64,000 nt of DNA from Patescibacteria group bacterium (GCA_035529635.1 DATKWJ010000005.1:1424-65423); one strand, 5' to 3'; shown: positions 28,167-38,840, numbered from the stretch's first letter. Made by a program: numbers and translations. Notes: generated by a model from the sequence alone, not told the origin.

Positions 28167-28194
28167 TTGACAAAATTGAAAGTTTTAATAAAAT
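28167..28194 (+). promoter_or_regulatory. Candidate internal promoter TTGACA-N16-TAAAAT upstream of tuf
   Basis: -35 at 28167-28172 and -10 at 28189-28194, in the 123-nt AT-rich fusA-tuf spacer. Confidence 0.35.
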
Positions 28195-28271
28195 AACAAA
28201 TATAAATAATTCATAAAGGTTCGCAGATTATAAAGTTAATAAATCATAAAATAATAAATCATTAAAAAAAT

Positions 28272-29471
28272 ATGGCAGAGAAAGAAAAATTTTTAAGGGG
28301 AAAACCTCACCTTAATATCGGTTCCATCGGTCACGTTGACCATGGAAAAACCACTTTAACCGCCGCCATTCTCAAAGCCCAGAAATTGGCCGGTTTTAAG
28401 TCAACCGAGAAATCCGTTGACCAGATCGATTCGGCTCCCGAAGAAAAAGCCAGGGGGTTGACCATTAACGTTACTCACGTTGAGTTCGAATCGGAAAAAA
28501 GGCATTATGCCTGGATCGATTGTCCGGGGCACGCCGACTACATCAAGAACATGATTACCGGAGCAGCCCAGATGGACGGAGCGGTTCTGGTTGTTTCCGC
28601 ACCTGACGGCCCGATGCCTCAGACCAGAGAACATATTCTTTTGGCCCGTCAAGTGGGACTGCCTTCGATTGTCGTATTTTTGAACAAATGCGATGCTGTT
28701 GATGATCCGGAAATGATTTCTTTAGTTGAGTCGGAAGTGAGAGAATTATTGAAAAAGTACAACTTTCCCGGAGACGAGACTCCCATAATCAAAGGTTCAG
28801 CCTTGAAAGCGCTGGAAGCCAATTCGGCTGAAGATGAGGCGATCAAGCCCATTTTGGAACTTGTCAAAGCCATAGACGAATATGTTACCGAGCCGGTCAG
28901 GGAAATGGACAAGCCTTTATTGATGGCTATTGAGGACGTCTTTTCTATTGCCGGAAGAGGAACCGTGGCCACCGGAAGGATTGAACGGGGAATAGTCCAT
29001 TCAAACGATGAAGTGGAATTGGTCGGAATCAAACCGACTATGAAAACAATCGCTGTCAGCGTTGAGATGTTTAATAAAATTCTGGATGAAGGAAAAGCGG
29101 GAGACAATGTCGGCATTCTGCTTAGAGGATTGAAAAAAGAGGACGTTGAAAGAGGACAGGTTTTGGCCAAGCCGGGTTCGATAACTCCCCATACTGAATT
29201 TGAGGGAGAAATTTACATTTTGACCAAGGAAGAAGGCGGACGCCACACTCCTTTCTTTACCGGCTACAAGCCCCAGCTCTATTTCAGAACCACTGATGTT
29301 ACCGGCGAAGTGACTCTGCAGGAAGGCACGGAAATGGTTATGCCGGGAGATACGGTCAACTTGAAAGTGAAGTTATTGGCTCCCATTGCTATGGAAGAGA
29401 AACAAAGATTCGCCATCAGAGAAGGCGGAAAAACCGTCGGAGCAGGAGTCGTTACCAAAGTGGTAAAATAA
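28272..29471 (+). CDS. tuf: Elongation factor Tu
   Basis: [18 protein letters not shown], 399 aa. Confidence 0.95.
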   Translation: MAEKEKFLRGKPHLNIGSIGHVDHGKTTLTAAILKAQKLAGFKSTEKSVDQIDSAPEEKARGLTINVTHVEFESEKRHYAWIDCPGHADYIKNMITGAAQMDGAVLVVSAPDGPMPQTREHILLARQVGLPSIVVFLNKCDAVDDPEMISLVESEVRELLKKYNFPGDETPIIKGSALKALEANSAEDEAIKPILELVKAIDEYVTEPVREMDKPLLMAIEDVFSIAGRGTVATGRIERGIVHSNDEVELVGIKPTMKTIAVSVEMFNKILDEGKAGDNVGILLRGLKKEDVERGQVLAKPGSITPHTEFEGEIYILTKEEGGRHTPFFTGYKPQLYFRTTDVTGEVTLQEGTEMVMPGDTVNLKVKLLAPIAMEEKQRFAIREGGKTVGAGVVTKVVK

Positions 29472-29549
29472 GATCAGACGTAAACGGATAATAATCTTCA
29501 ATAAACAATTGGCAGTTAATAATCGGTAATTTTTATTGTTCCTTTTAAG

Positions 29550-29891
29550 ATGTCGAAAAAGAAAATTGTTGCCACCGAAGAAGAGATAAAATCAAAAATT
29601 AGAATCAAGCTAAGAGCTTTTGATCATAAAGTGATTGACAATTCCGCCCGTCAGATTGTCGAAGTGACTTTAAGACACGGAGCCGAGGTCTTGGGCCCGG
29701 TTCCTTTGCCTACGGAAATACGCAAATACACCGTCAACAGGTCTTCTTTCGTTCATAAAGACGCCAGAGAGCAGTTTGAAATGAGAATTCATAAGAGATT
29801 GATAGACATATTGAATCCCAACCAAAGAGTGATTGACGCTTTGATGAATTTGAATTTGCCGGCCGGCGTTGATATTGAAATAAAAATGTAA
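29550..29891 (+). CDS. rpsJ: 30S ribosomal protein S10
   Basis: [14 protein letters not shown]... Confidence 0.9.
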   Translation: MSKKKIVATEEEIKSKIRIKLRAFDHKVIDNSARQIVEVTLRHGAEVLGPVPLPTEIRKYTVNRSSFVHKDAREQFEMRIHKRLIDILNPNQRVIDALMNLNLPAGVDIEIKM

Positions 29892-30039
29892 GGACTGCCG
29901 GTTAACTGTTTACTTTTAATGAAATTTATTTTATGATTAAAAGACCAAAGTTGTTTAATATCTGAATTTATAATTTTAAAAGCGAACAATGGCAGTAAGA
30001 CCGGGCCATGCCCGGTTTTAAATTAATAAAATTTAGGAA

Positions 30040-30630
30040 ATGAAATTCATTCTGGGAATAAAATTGGATATGGGGCAGATATTCGATGAAAAAGGAAGAA
30101 TTCTTCCGGTAACTTGGATTGAAGCCGGCCCTTGCCGCGTGACCCAGATAAAAAAAACGGAGACGGACGGCTATCAGGCCTGCCAGATCGGTTTTATTAA
30201 AAAAACGAAAAAAATAAAAAAAGTGGAGAAAGGAAAAGAATACCGATACCTCAGGGAATTCAAGAACGGCGGAGATTTGAAAATCGGAGACGAAGTCGAT
30301 ATTTCCGTTTTTCAAGAGGGAGACAAAGTGAAAGTTTCGGGAATTTCCAAAGGCAAAGGCTTCCAGGGAGCGGTGAAAAGATGGGGTTTTTCCGGAAGAA
30401 ATGCCACTCACGGGGTTAAACATGAACATCGAACTCTGGGATCAGTAGGCACTTCTTTTCCGGAAAGAGTCATTAAGGGAAGAAAAATGCCGGGGCGGAT
30501 GGGAAGCGAAAGAACGACGGTTAAAAACCTGAAAATCGTCAAAATTGACAAAGAAAACAATTTATTGGCCGTTAAAGGTGCCGTGGCCGGAAGGCGAGGC
30601 GCTTTATTGGAAATATTTTCCGTAAAATAA
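30040..30630 (+). CDS. rplC: 50S ribosomal protein L3
   Basis: Conserved L3 sequence and gene order. Confidence 0.9.
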   Translation: MKFILGIKLDMGQIFDEKGRILPVTWIEAGPCRVTQIKKTETDGYQACQIGFIKKTKKIKKVEKGKEYRYLREFKNGGDLKIGDEVDISVFQEGDKVKVSGISKGKGFQGAVKRWGFSGRNATHGVKHEHRTLGSVGTSFPERVIKGRKMPGRMGSERTTVKNLKIVKIDKENNLLAVKGAVAGRRGALLEIFSVK

Positions 30631-30652
30631 CTATTATTTTTTACTCGGCAAA

Positions 30653-31276
30653 ATGAAATACGCTGTTCACAATCAACAAGGAGAAGAGAAAGGAACGGTC
30701 CTGCTGCCCAAGGAAATATTTGAATTGCCGATGAATTCGGATTTGGTTCATCAGGTAGCGATCAGCCAGATGGCCAACCGAAGGATAGTTACGGCTCAAG
30801 CTAAAAACAGGGGAGAAGTCAGAGGCGGCGGCAGAAAACCCTGGCGGCAGAAAGGAACCGGCCGTGCCAGGCACGGTTCGCGCCGGTCGCCCATTTGGCG
30901 GGGAGGAGGAGTGACTTTCGGTCCGACCAAAGACAGGGTTTTTAAAAAGAAAATAAACAAAAAAATGAAAAAAAAGGCCTTATTCATGGTTTTGTCGGAG
31001 AAGGCCAAAAGCAACCTGCTTGTAGTTTTGGACGAATTAAAATTGGAAAAAGCGAAGACAAAATCTTTGGCCAAGCTGATTGAAAATTTCAAAAAGGGTT
31101 CTTTTTTGATCGCTTTGCCGAAAATCGAAAAAAACGTGATTCTGGCCAGCAGAAATCTTACCGGAGTTGAAGTGGTTGAAGCGAGAAATCTGAACGTTTT
31201 GGATTTGCTTTCTTCTAAATATTTGATGATGCCTAAAGAATCGATAAAAGTGGTAAAAGAAATTTTTTCAAAATAA
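30653..31276 (+). CDS. rplD: 50S ribosomal protein L4
   Basis: L4 sequence (RGGGRKPWRQKGTGRAR). Confidence 0.9.
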   Translation: MKYAVHNQQGEEKGTVLLPKEIFELPMNSDLVHQVAISQMANRRIVTAQAKNRGEVRGGGRKPWRQKGTGRARHGSRRSPIWRGGGVTFGPTKDRVFKKKINKKMKKKALFMVLSEKAKSNLLVVLDELKLEKAKTKSLAKLIENFKKGSFLIALPKIEKNVILASRNLTGVEVVEARNLNVLDLLSSKYLMMPKESIKVVKEIFSK

Positions 31277-31279
31277 CTT

Positions 31280-31729
31280 ATGGCGATTTTCGATATTTTT
31301 AAAAAGAAAAAACCGGCACCGGAGAAAAAGGAAAAAGCCGCTGTTAAAAAAAGCGAGCCTTGTCCCAAAGCCGAAAAGAAAGAAAAGATCAAAACCGAAA
31401 GTCCGGAGGCGAAGACGGAAAACGTTCGTTTGCCGAAAGTAATTTTCGACCGGACTTATAAAACTTTGAAAAATCCCCACGTTTCGGAAAAAGTCGGTGA
31501 TTTGGCGAAAAATAACCAGTATGTTTTCAGGGTTTTTTCGGCCACCAACAAAATAGAGATAAAAAGAGCTATTGAAGAAAGCTACGGCGTCAAAGTCGTT
31601 TCAACAAGGATTATCAACGTGCCTGAGAAAAAAAGAAGATTGGGTAAAATTCAAGGGAAAAAGCCGGGTTATAAAAAAGCGATTATCAAGATAGCCAAAG
31701 GCCAGAAGATTGAAGTTTTGCCGAGATAA
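31280..31729 (+). CDS. rplW: 50S ribosomal protein L23 (with about 50-aa Lys/Glu-rich N-terminal extension, or a downstream TTG start)
   Basis: Core NPHVSEK...FRVFSATNKIEIKRAIEESYGVKV. Confidence 0.85.
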   Translation: MAIFDIFKKKKPAPEKKEKAAVKKSEPCPKAEKKEKIKTESPEAKTENVRLPKVIFDRTYKTLKNPHVSEKVGDLAKNNQYVFRVFSATNKIEIKRAIEESYGVKVVSTRIINVPEKKRRLGKIQGKKPGYKKAIIKIAKGQKIEVLPR

Positions 31730-31737
31730 TTGAAAAT

Positions 31738-32523
31738 ATGCCAAAATACAAAGTAACTAAAAAAAAGCCGGAAAAAAAGCTCTTGTTGTCTTTACAGAGA
31801 AAAGCGGGCAGGGGTTCTTCAGGCAGAATCACCGTTCGCCATCATGGCGGCGGCGTCAAACGCCTTTACCGAATTATCGATTTCGGCCAAGAAAAGTTGG
31901 ATATGCCGGCTAAAATGTTGGCCGTGGAATACGATCCGTATCGAAGTTGTTTTATTTGTCTTTTGGAATACCAAGATAAGAAAAAAAGATATCGGATTTG
32001 CCCTCAAGATTTGAAAATCGGCGATAGCGTGATTTGTGCCGAAAAAGCGGAAATAAAGACGGGCAACAGGATGAAATTGAAAAATGTTCCAGTGGGAACG
32101 CAGGTTTATAATATTGAAGTTGAACCGGGTAGAGGGGGCAAATTGGTCAGGGGGGCCGGAACTTCGGCCAGGGTTTTAGCCCAGGAAGGGAAATACACCC
32201 ATTTGGTTTTTCCTTCCACCGAGGTCAGAAAAATTTTGGGTGAATGTTTTGCTTCCATCGGCCAAATTTCCTTTCCGGAACATAAATTCATTGATGTGGG
32301 TAAAGCCGGCAGTTCGAGGAGAAAAGGCATAAGACCGCATGTCCGGGGGTCGGCCATGAATCCGGTGGACCATCCGCACGGCGGAGGAGAAGGAAGAACC
32401 GGCATCGGGTTGAAACATCCCAAAACGCCCTGGGGCAAGCCAGCTCTGGGAGTGAAAACCAGAAAAAGGAAAAAATGGACCAATAAATTGATTATTCAAA
32501 GAAGAAAAGGTAAAAAGAAATAA
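31738..32523 (+). CDS. rplB: 50S ribosomal protein L2
   Basis: GRNNxGxITxRHxGGG-type motifs (RHHGGGVKR), [13 protein letters not shown]. Confidence 0.95.
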   Translation: MPKYKVTKKKPEKKLLLSLQRKAGRGSSGRITVRHHGGGVKRLYRIIDFGQEKLDMPAKMLAVEYDPYRSCFICLLEYQDKKKRYRICPQDLKIGDSVICAEKAEIKTGNRMKLKNVPVGTQVYNIEVEPGRGGKLVRGAGTSARVLAQEGKYTHLVFPSTEVRKILGECFASIGQISFPEHKFIDVGKAGSSRRKGIRPHVRGSAMNPVDHPHGGGEGRTGIGLKHPKTPWGKPALGVKTRKRKKWTNKLIIQRRKGKKK

Positions 32524-32527
32524 TAAT

Positions 32528-32845
32528 ATGTCGAGATCATTAAAGAAAGGTCCTTTTACGGACGAAAAATTACTGAAAAAAATAAAGAATTTGAAAGTAG
32601 GCGGGGATGAAGTCATTAAAACCTGGTCAAGGCGTTCTGTTATCACGCCAGAAATGATCGATTTTACCTTTGGTGTTCACAATGGAAAAGAATTCATCAC
32701 GGTAAGAGTGACGGAAAATATGGTCGGCCATAAACTGGGGGAATTCGCTTCGACAACCAAATTCGGCCGGCACGGCGGCAAAATGCAGAGGGAATTGGAA
32801 ACGAAAGCAACGGCCGGACAGAGTACCGAAGCAGCCAAAAAATAA
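32528..32845 (+). CDS. rpsS: 30S ribosomal protein S19
   Basis: [13 protein letters not shown]...GHKLGEFA. Confidence 0.9.
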   Translation: MSRSLKKGPFTDEKLLKKIKNLKVGGDEVIKTWSRRSVITPEMIDFTFGVHNGKEFITVRVTENMVGHKLGEFASTTKFGRHGGKMQRELETKATAGQSTEAAKK

Positions 32846-32867
32846 CGGGTAAAAATAATTCAAAAAT

Positions 32868-33413
32868 ATGCCGGTTTCCGTAAAATTAAATTATTTAAGA
32901 ATAGCTCCCAGAAAAGTCCGTTTGCTGGCGGATTTGGTCAGAGGCAAGTCGGTTCAGGAAGCTCTGGATACTTTGAATTTCACCGTTAAAAAATCAGCCA
33001 GGCCTTTACTGAAGCTTTTAAAACAGGCCGTAGCCGATGCTAAAAATAATTTTCAATTGGAGGCGGCTGATTTGTATATTTCAAAGATCACGGTGGACGA
33101 GGGTCCGAAAAACAAAAGATGGCGGCCCAGATCCCGAGGCCAGGCCTATGAGATTCAGAAAAAAACTTCTCACATTACCGTAGTCCTCGGAGAAAAAACG
33201 AAAACCGGAAAAAAGGGCAAAAAAGCCAAAGGGGCGGCTGAAAAAGTTCAAACCGTTGAACCGGTCGTAGAAAAAGCCGCTGTGGCGGAAAAAACTCCGT
33301 CCCAGATAAAACCTTCGGCTAAATGGAAAAAATTCGAACCGGCTGATAAAAGAAGAAAAATGGAAACAGGAAAGGAAACGGTTAAAAAAATATTCAAGCG
33401 TAAAGCGTTTTAA
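32868..33413 (+). CDS. rplV: 50S ribosomal protein L22 (with Lys-rich C-terminal extension)
   Basis: L22 core then about 70 aa K/E-rich tail. Confidence 0.85.
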   Translation: MPVSVKLNYLRIAPRKVRLLADLVRGKSVQEALDTLNFTVKKSARPLLKLLKQAVADAKNNFQLEAADLYISKITVDEGPKNKRWRPRSRGQAYEIQKKTSHITVVLGEKTKTGKKGKKAKGAAEKVQTVEPVVEKAAVAEKTPSQIKPSAKWKKFEPADKRRKMETGKETVKKIFKRKAF

Positions 33414-33444
33414 ATATTGAAATAAGTCGAAAATTCATTAATTT

Positions 33445-34116
33445 ATGTCTCACAAAGTTCACCCAAAAGCATACAGATTGAAAAACTTGGCTGATTGGAA
33501 TTCCCGCTGGTTCAACAGGAAAAAATTTACCGAATATTTGGAAGATGATTTTAAAATCAGGGATTTTCTCAAAAAGAAAATCAGAAAATTCGGGGTGGAA
33601 AAAATCGAAATTGAAAGGTTTACCGGAAGATTGAACGTGATCATTTTCAGTGCCAAGCCGGGATTGATCATCGGGCGGGGCGGCAGCGGGGTTGAAGAAT
33701 TAAAAAAAATGCTGCAAACGGTTTTAAACAAGAAAAAGCCGTTGGCCGTTAAAGATGCCAAGAACAAGACCGAAATAAGGATTGAAATCAGGGAAATCAA
33801 GGATGTCTGGTCTTCCGCTTCTTTAACGGGTCAGTATATCGCCCAGCAAATCGAAAAAAGGTTTCCTTTCAGGAGGGTTTTAAAACAGTCCCTGGACAAA
33901 GTCATGTCATCCAAGCAGGTGAAAGGAGCCAGGATCGAGGTATCCGGCCGTTTGAACGGAACGGAAATAGCCAGGCGGGAATGGCTGCAGAAAGGCAGAT
34001 TGCCGCGTCAAACCTTAAGGGCTGACATTGATTTCGCCATAGAAGAAGCTTATTGCACTTACGGGACGATAGGCATAAAGGTTTGGATTTACAAAGGGGA
34101 AAAATTCGAAGAGTAA
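33445..34116 (+). CDS. rpsC: 30S ribosomal protein S3
   Basis: KH domain plus S3 C-terminal domain. Confidence 0.9.
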   Translation: MSHKVHPKAYRLKNLADWNSRWFNRKKFTEYLEDDFKIRDFLKKKIRKFGVEKIEIERFTGRLNVIIFSAKPGLIIGRGGSGVEELKKMLQTVLNKKKPLAVKDAKNKTEIRIEIREIKDVWSSASLTGQYIAQQIEKRFPFRRVLKQSLDKVMSSKQVKGARIEVSGRLNGTEIARREWLQKGRLPRQTLRADIDFAIEEAYCTYGTIGIKVWIYKGEKFEE

Positions 34117-34151
34117 CCGCTTAAGCGAAGTCTCGTCATTCGATTAAAAAC

Positions 34152-34562
34152 ATGTCCATATTAATGCCCAAAAAAGTCAAACATCGGAAATGGCACAAAG
34201 GAAGGTCAAAAGGAAAAGAACTCAGAGGAACTTCTTTGGATTTCGGTTCTTTCGCTTTAATGTCTTTGACCACCCATTGGGTTTCAGCCAGGCAGATTGA
34301 GGCGGCCAGGCGGGCCATTCTCAGATATCTTAAAAAAGGAGGAAAACTTTGGATCAGGATTTTTCCGGATAAACCGGTGACGAAAAAAGGTACGGAAGTT
34401 CCCATGGGCGGAGGCAAAGGATCAGTCGACCATTATGTTTTTGCCGTGAAAGCGGGCAGGATTATTTTCGAACTGGACGGCATTAAAGAAGAAACGGCCA
34501 GAGAGGCCTTCAGAAAAGCTTCGGATAAATTGTCGGTCAAGACGAAATTCATAAAACGTTAA
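34152..34562 (+). CDS. rplP: 50S ribosomal protein L16
   Basis: [14 protein letters not shown]. The start may be the internal ATG at 34164. Confidence 0.9.
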   Translation: MSILMPKKVKHRKWHKGRSKGKELRGTSLDFGSFALMSLTTHWVSARQIEAARRAILRYLKKGGKLWIRIFPDKPVTKKGTEVPMGGGKGSVDHYVFAVKAGRIIFELDGIKEETAREAFRKASDKLSVKTKFIKR

Positions 34563-34571
34563 AAAAAACAG

Positions 34572-34754
34572 ATGATCGGAGAATTGCGCAAAAAAAGCAA
34601 AGAAGAGATGCAGAAGATTTTGAAAGACGACCGGGAAAAATTGAAACAGCTCAGGTTTGATTTGGCTGCCGGCAAGGTGAAAAACGTCAGGGAAATCCGC
34701 AAGATTAAAAAAGAAGTGGCCAGAATATTGACGCTTTTAAAACAAAGTAAATAA
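34572..34754 (+). CDS. rpmC: 50S ribosomal protein L29
   Basis: 60-aa helical protein in the canonical position. Confidence 0.85.
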   Translation: MIGELRKKSKEEMQKILKDDREKLKQLRFDLAAGKVKNVREIRKIKKEVARILTLLKQSK

Positions 34755-34770
34755 TTATTCTATTATTTTT

Positions 34771-35007
34771 ATGCCGAAAAAACAATTAAAAGGAAACATT
34801 GTTTCCAATAAAATGCAGAAGACGGTCACGGTCAAGGTTGAACGGCTGAAAGAACATAAGAAATACAAAAGAAGATTCAGGCTTCACAAGAATTACAAAG
34901 CCCATGTTGAAAACAGTGGCGATTATGAAATCGGCGATAAAGTCGTGATTGAAGAAAGCCGGCCGATGTCGAAAGATAAAAAATGGAAGGTAATTAAAAA
35001 GATTTAA
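34771..35007 (+). CDS. rpsQ: 30S ribosomal protein S17
   Basis: KGNIVSNKMQKTVTVKVER. Confidence 0.9.
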   Translation: MPKKQLKGNIVSNKMQKTVTVKVERLKEHKKYKRRFRLHKNYKAHVENSGDYEIGDKVVIEESRPMSKDKKWKVIKKI

Positions 35008-35011
35008 TTCT

Positions 35012-35383
35012 ATGGTACAACCGCGCACCATGCTGAAAGTCATAGATAATACCGGAGCCAAAATTATCCAGTGTTTTAACGTTTTAGGCGGGACCAGAAA
35101 GCGTTCGGCTCAGATCGGCGACATTATCGTGGCCGTTGTCAAGGAAGCCGAGCCCAGAAGAATCGTCAAAAAACACGAAATTGTCAGGGCGGTCATAGTC
35201 CGTCAGAAAAAGAATTTCCGGAGAGCCGACGGCACTTATATCAGATTTGACGAGAATGCGGCCGTAATTTTGGACGGAAAAACCAAAGAGCCGAAAGGAG
35301 GAAGAATCACCGGCCCCTTGCCGAGAGAGATTAAAGAAAAAGGTTTTGATAAAATAGCCAATTTGGCAACGGAGATAATATAA
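35012..35383 (+). CDS. rplN: 50S ribosomal protein L14
   Basis: MVQPRTMLKVIDNTGAK. Confidence 0.95.
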   Translation: MVQPRTMLKVIDNTGAKIIQCFNVLGGTRKRSAQIGDIIVAVVKEAEPRRIVKKHEIVRAVIVRQKKNFRRADGTYIRFDENAAVILDGKTKEPKGGRITGPLPREIKEKGFDKIANLATEII

Positions 35384-35390
35384 AAAAACG

Positions 35391-35696
35391 ATGAAAATCA
35401 AGAAAAATGATACAATTATAGTGATTTCCGGGAAAGACCGGGGGAAAAAAGGCAAAGTATTACAGGTTTTTCCGAATGAGAACAGAATAATAGTGGAAGG
35501 AATCAATTTGAGGAAAAGGCACCGCAAGCCGAAAAAGTCGGGTGAAAAAGGGCAGATTGTCGTTTTGCCGGCCGCTATTGCCGTATCCAATGCGAAATTG
35601 ATTTGCCTTAAATGCGGCCAGCCGTCCAGATTGTCTTACAAAATAAACCAAGGTAAAAAGTACCGGATTTGCAAAAAATGCGGACAAGAAACATAA
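35391..35696 (+). CDS. rplX: 50S ribosomal protein L24 with C-terminal C4 zinc ribbon
   Basis: KOW motif ISGKDRGKKGKV. C-terminal CLKCG...CKKCG. Confidence 0.85.
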   Translation: MKIKKNDTIIVISGKDRGKKGKVLQVFPNENRIIVEGINLRKRHRKPKKSGEKGQIVVLPAAIAVSNAKLICLKCGQPSRLSYKINQGKKYRICKKCGQET

Positions 35697-35702
35697 TTGT
35701 TT

Positions 35703-36260
35703 ATGAGTAAACTGCAGGAAAAATATAAAAAAGAAGTTGTGCCGGCCCTGATGCAAAAATTCGGCTATAAAAGTCCGATGGCCGCGCCTAAAATCGAAAA
35801 AGTGGTGGTAAACACCGGCTACGGCAGGCAGGTGGCAGACAAAACGAACGAAGAACAGAAAAAGATGACCGATTTTATTTTGGAGGAACTCGGCTTGATT
35901 TGCGGACAGAAAGCCGTCAAAACATACGCTAAAAAGGCGATTTCAAGTTTCAAACTTCGTCAGGGCATGCCGATCGGAGCCAAGGTCACTTTACGTGGTA
36001 GAAAGATGGCGGATTTTTTGGAAAGGTTCATTAATCTTGCTTTACCCAGAACAAGGGATTTCAAAGGCATTTCTCCTGAATCGATCGATAAACAGAGCAA
36101 TCTGACCATCGCCGTCAAAGAGCACATCACTTTTCCGGAAATTTTGCCGGAAAAAGCCAGGAATATTTTCGGTCTGGAAATAACCGTCGTTACCACGGCC
36201 AAAAACAAAGAAGAAGCAATAGAATTGTTTAAATTATTGGGATTTCCGATTAAATCGTAA
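35703..36260 (+). CDS. rplE: 50S ribosomal protein L5
   Basis: L5 sequence. ATG at 35703 preferred over the TTG at 35697 used by the ORF track. Confidence 0.9.
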   Translation: MSKLQEKYKKEVVPALMQKFGYKSPMAAPKIEKVVVNTGYGRQVADKTNEEQKKMTDFILEELGLICGQKAVKTYAKKAISSFKLRQGMPIGAKVTLRGRKMADFLERFINLALPRTRDFKGISPESIDKQSNLTIAVKEHITFPEILPEKARNIFGLEITVVTTAKNKEEAIELFKLLGFPIKS

Positions 36261-36264
36261 AATT

Positions 36265-36450
36265 ATGGCTACCAAAGCGCAAATAGCAAAATCCAAAAGA
36301 AAACCGAAATTCAAAAGTCGAGTGGTCAGGCGATGTTTCAAATGTGGCAGGAAAAGAGCTTATATGAGAAAATTCGGGCTTTGCCGCATTTGTTTCCGGG
36401 AAATGGCCAATCAGGGATTAATTCCCGGAGTTAAGAAATCTTCATGGTAA
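36265..36450 (+). CDS. rpsN: 30S ribosomal protein S14 type Z (zinc-binding)
   Basis: 61 aa, CFKCGRK...CRIC. Confidence 0.9.
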   Translation: MATKAQIAKSKRKPKFKSRVVRRCFKCGRKRAYMRKFGLCRICFREMANQGLIPGVKKSSW

Positions 36451-36456
36451 AAACAT

Positions 36457-36855
36457 ATGATTACTGATCCAATTGCCGACATGTTAAATAAAATAAAGAA
36501 CGCCCAGGCGGTTTGCCATCCAACGGTCGAGGTGCCTTTTTCCAATTTGAAATATGAAATCGCCGAGATTTTAAAGAAGCAGGGTTTTGTCGAGAAAGTC
36601 GAAAAAAAAGGCAGGAAAACGAAAAAGACGATCGAGATCGTTTTGAAATATCAAGATAAAAATCCGGCCATCTTGGGGTTGAAGAAAGTTTCCAAGCCCG
36701 GACAAAGGATTTATTTCGATTCAGCCGGAATAAAAAGGAAAAAAGTCAAAGGAGATTACGGCATAGCCGTCATTTCCACCTCCAAGGGGCTGATGACGAA
36801 CAAAGAGGCGAGAAAGCAGAAAATAGGAGGAGAAGTAATCTGTGAAATTTGGTAA
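36457..36855 (+). CDS. rpsH: 30S ribosomal protein S8
   Basis: MITDPIADMLNKIKNA. Confidence 0.9.
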   Translation: MITDPIADMLNKIKNAQAVCHPTVEVPFSNLKYEIAEILKKQGFVEKVEKKGRKTKKTIEIVLKYQDKNPAILGLKKVSKPGQRIYFDSAGIKRKKVKGDYGIAVISTSKGLMTNKEARKQKIGGEVICEIW

Positions 36856-36884
36856 ATTGAATTCCGCATAAATTAAACTATCTT

Positions 36885-37466
36885 ATGAGCAGAGTAGGCA
36901 AAAAACCAATCATAATACCGCCGGGAGTGGAAGTTAAAATAGACGGCGGGAAAGTAAGCGTCAAAGGTCCTCGGGGCGAAATTTCAAAGGAATTCCGTCC
37001 TGAGATTGGAATCGGCTTAGCCGGCGATAAGATTTTGGTTTCTTTGAAATCCGGCGAAACCGGCAAGAAAAAATTCGTCGGCAGCCAGGCTAAAAAAATA
37101 AAATCCTTTTGGGGATTGACCAGAATGCTGATTGCCAATATGGTTGAAGGAGTTACCGTCGGTTTCGAAAAAAAATTGGAGATCGAAGGAGTCGGGTTCA
37201 AGGCGGAGGCAACGGAAAAAGAACTCGTTTTATCCGTCGGCTTCAGCCATCCGGTCAAACTGAAAATTCCCGAAGGAGTGAAAGTTGCCTTGGATAAAAA
37301 AACGATTACCGTTTCCGGAATCGACAAGGAATCAGTCGGCCAATTCGCTTCAAATATAAGAAAAGCAAAGCCGCCCGAACCGTATAAAGGAAAAGGCATA
37401 AGATATGCGGGGGAAATAATCAGAAGAAAAGTCGGTAAGAAGGTGGTGACGGCCGGCGGAAAATAA
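36885..37466 (+). CDS. rplF: 50S ribosomal protein L6
   Basis: MSRVGKKPIIIPPGVEVKI. Confidence 0.9.
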   Translation: MSRVGKKPIIIPPGVEVKIDGGKVSVKGPRGEISKEFRPEIGIGLAGDKILVSLKSGETGKKKFVGSQAKKIKSFWGLTRMLIANMVEGVTVGFEKKLEIEGVGFKAEATEKELVLSVGFSHPVKLKIPEGVKVALDKKTITVSGIDKESVGQFASNIRKAKPPEPYKGKGIRYAGEIIRRKVGKKVVTAGGK

Positions 37467-37487
37467 AGAGTTGTCAGTCGCATTTAT

Positions 37488-37835
37488 ATGTTGGAAAAAG
37501 AGGAAAAAAGGCGCAAGCGCCACAAAAAAATCAGAGCGAAAATTTTCGGGACGGCCCTTGTTCCCCGGCTTTCTGTTTTCAAGTCGGAAAAGCATATTTA
37601 CGCTCAACTGATAAACGATGAAAAAGCCGAAACCATGGCCGCGGCCGATGATTCGGAATTCAAGAAAAACCGCGAGAAGAAAATTGATAAAGCCAAAAAA
37701 GTCGGAAAATTGATCGCTGACCTGGCTAAAAATTTGAAAATCGAAAAAGTCGTTTTTGACAGAGGCGGCTATAAATATCACGGCAGAATAAAGGCCTTGG
37801 CTGACGGGGCGAGAGAAGCCGGCCTGAAATTTTAA
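37488..37835 (+). CDS. rplR: 50S ribosomal protein L18
   Basis: RLSVFKSEKHIYAQLIND. Confidence 0.9.
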   Translation: MLEKEEKRRKRHKKIRAKIFGTALVPRLSVFKSEKHIYAQLINDEKAETMAAADDSEFKKNREKKIDKAKKVGKLIADLAKNLKIEKVVFDRGGYKYHGRIKALADGAREAGLKF

Positions 37836-37848
37836 AATAAATTCATTT

Positions 37849-38376
37849 ATGATCAGAGAAAAAACAGGAAAAAAAGAATATGGCCGATCCTCTTTCTCCA
37901 GAAACAGGGAGATTAAGGATGAGTTTGAATCCAAGCTTTTGGATTTGGCGAGAGTGACGAGGGTTACCGCCGGCGGCAAGCGCCTCAGATTCCGGGCCGT
38001 GGTCGTTGTCGGAAACAAGCAGGGCAAAACCGGCATCGGAGTGTCAAAGGGTTCGGATGTGGCCCAGGCAGTGGAAAAAGCGACCAGATTGGCCAAGAAA
38101 AATTTAATCACGGTTCCTTTGACTGAAGGAGAGACGATTCCCCATGAAGTTTATGCCAAATTCGGAGCGGCCAAAGTCATTATTAAACCCCAAAAAAAGG
38201 GAAGGGGACTGGTGGCCGGCGGAGCGGTGAGAATTATCTGTTCTTTGACCGGAATAAAAAATATCTCTTCCAAAATTTTAGGCAGGACCACCAATAAATT
38301 GAACAACGCCCAAGCTGTCATGGCTGCTTTTAAAAAATTGAAAGTTAAAAAAGAAAAAGTTGAAAAAACGGCATAA
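37849..38376 (+). CDS. rpsE: 30S ribosomal protein S5
   Basis: RVTRVTAGGKRLRFRAVVVVGN. Confidence 0.9.
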   Translation: MIREKTGKKEYGRSSFSRNREIKDEFESKLLDLARVTRVTAGGKRLRFRAVVVVGNKQGKTGIGVSKGSDVAQAVEKATRLAKKNLITVPLTEGETIPHEVYAKFGAAKVIIKPQKKGRGLVAGGAVRIICSLTGIKNISSKILGRTTNKLNNAQAVMAAFKKLKVKKEKVEKTA

Positions 38377-38378
38377 AC

Positions 38379-38840
38379 ATGCAATTACACCAATTAAAAC
38401 CAATTCATAAGGCGAAAAAAGCCAAGAGAGTCGGTCGTGGCGGAAAAAGAGGCACTTATTCCGGCCGCGGCCAGAAAGGACAAAGATCCCGGGCCGGAAG
38501 AAGATTCCAACCGGCTGTCCGCGAACTGATTAAAAGGTACCCGAAATTGAAGGGCTACAGACACAAGTCCAGCCTTCAGCGGGGATTTTCCGCTGGAAAA
38601 GGAATCGCCATTTTGAATTTGGAAATTTTGGAGAAAAAATTCAAAGCGGAAGAAAAAGTCAATGCCGAAACGCTGTTGGAAAAAGGCCTGATTTCCAAAA
38701 CATCGGGCAAAACGCCGAAAGTCAAAATTTTGGGCAAAGGAAAAATAACCAAAGCGCTGAATTTCGAGAACTGCTTGATTTCAAAAAGCGCCAAAGAGAA
38801 AATAGAGAAATGCGGCGGTAGCGTCAAAATCGGCAGTTAA
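38379..38840 (+). CDS. rplO: 50S ribosomal protein L15 (directly follows S5, no L30 gene)
   Basis: GRGGKRGTYSGRGQKGQRSRAG. Only a 2-nt gap from rpsE. Confidence 0.9.
   Translation: MQLHQLKPIHKAKKAKRVGRGGKRGTYSGRGQKGQRSRAGRRFQPAVRELIKRYPKLKGYRHKSSLQRGFSAGKGIAILNLEILEKKFKAEEKVNAETLLEKGLISKTSGKTPKVKILGKGKITKALNFENCLISKSAKEKIEKCGGSVKIGS

Noticed and set aside
31280-31430. Treating the L23 N-terminal 50 aa as a separate small gene
   Set aside because: The frame is continuous into the conserved L23 core with no internal ATG. It is either a genuine extension or an internal TTG start at about 31430 is used, so it was kept as one CDS with a note.
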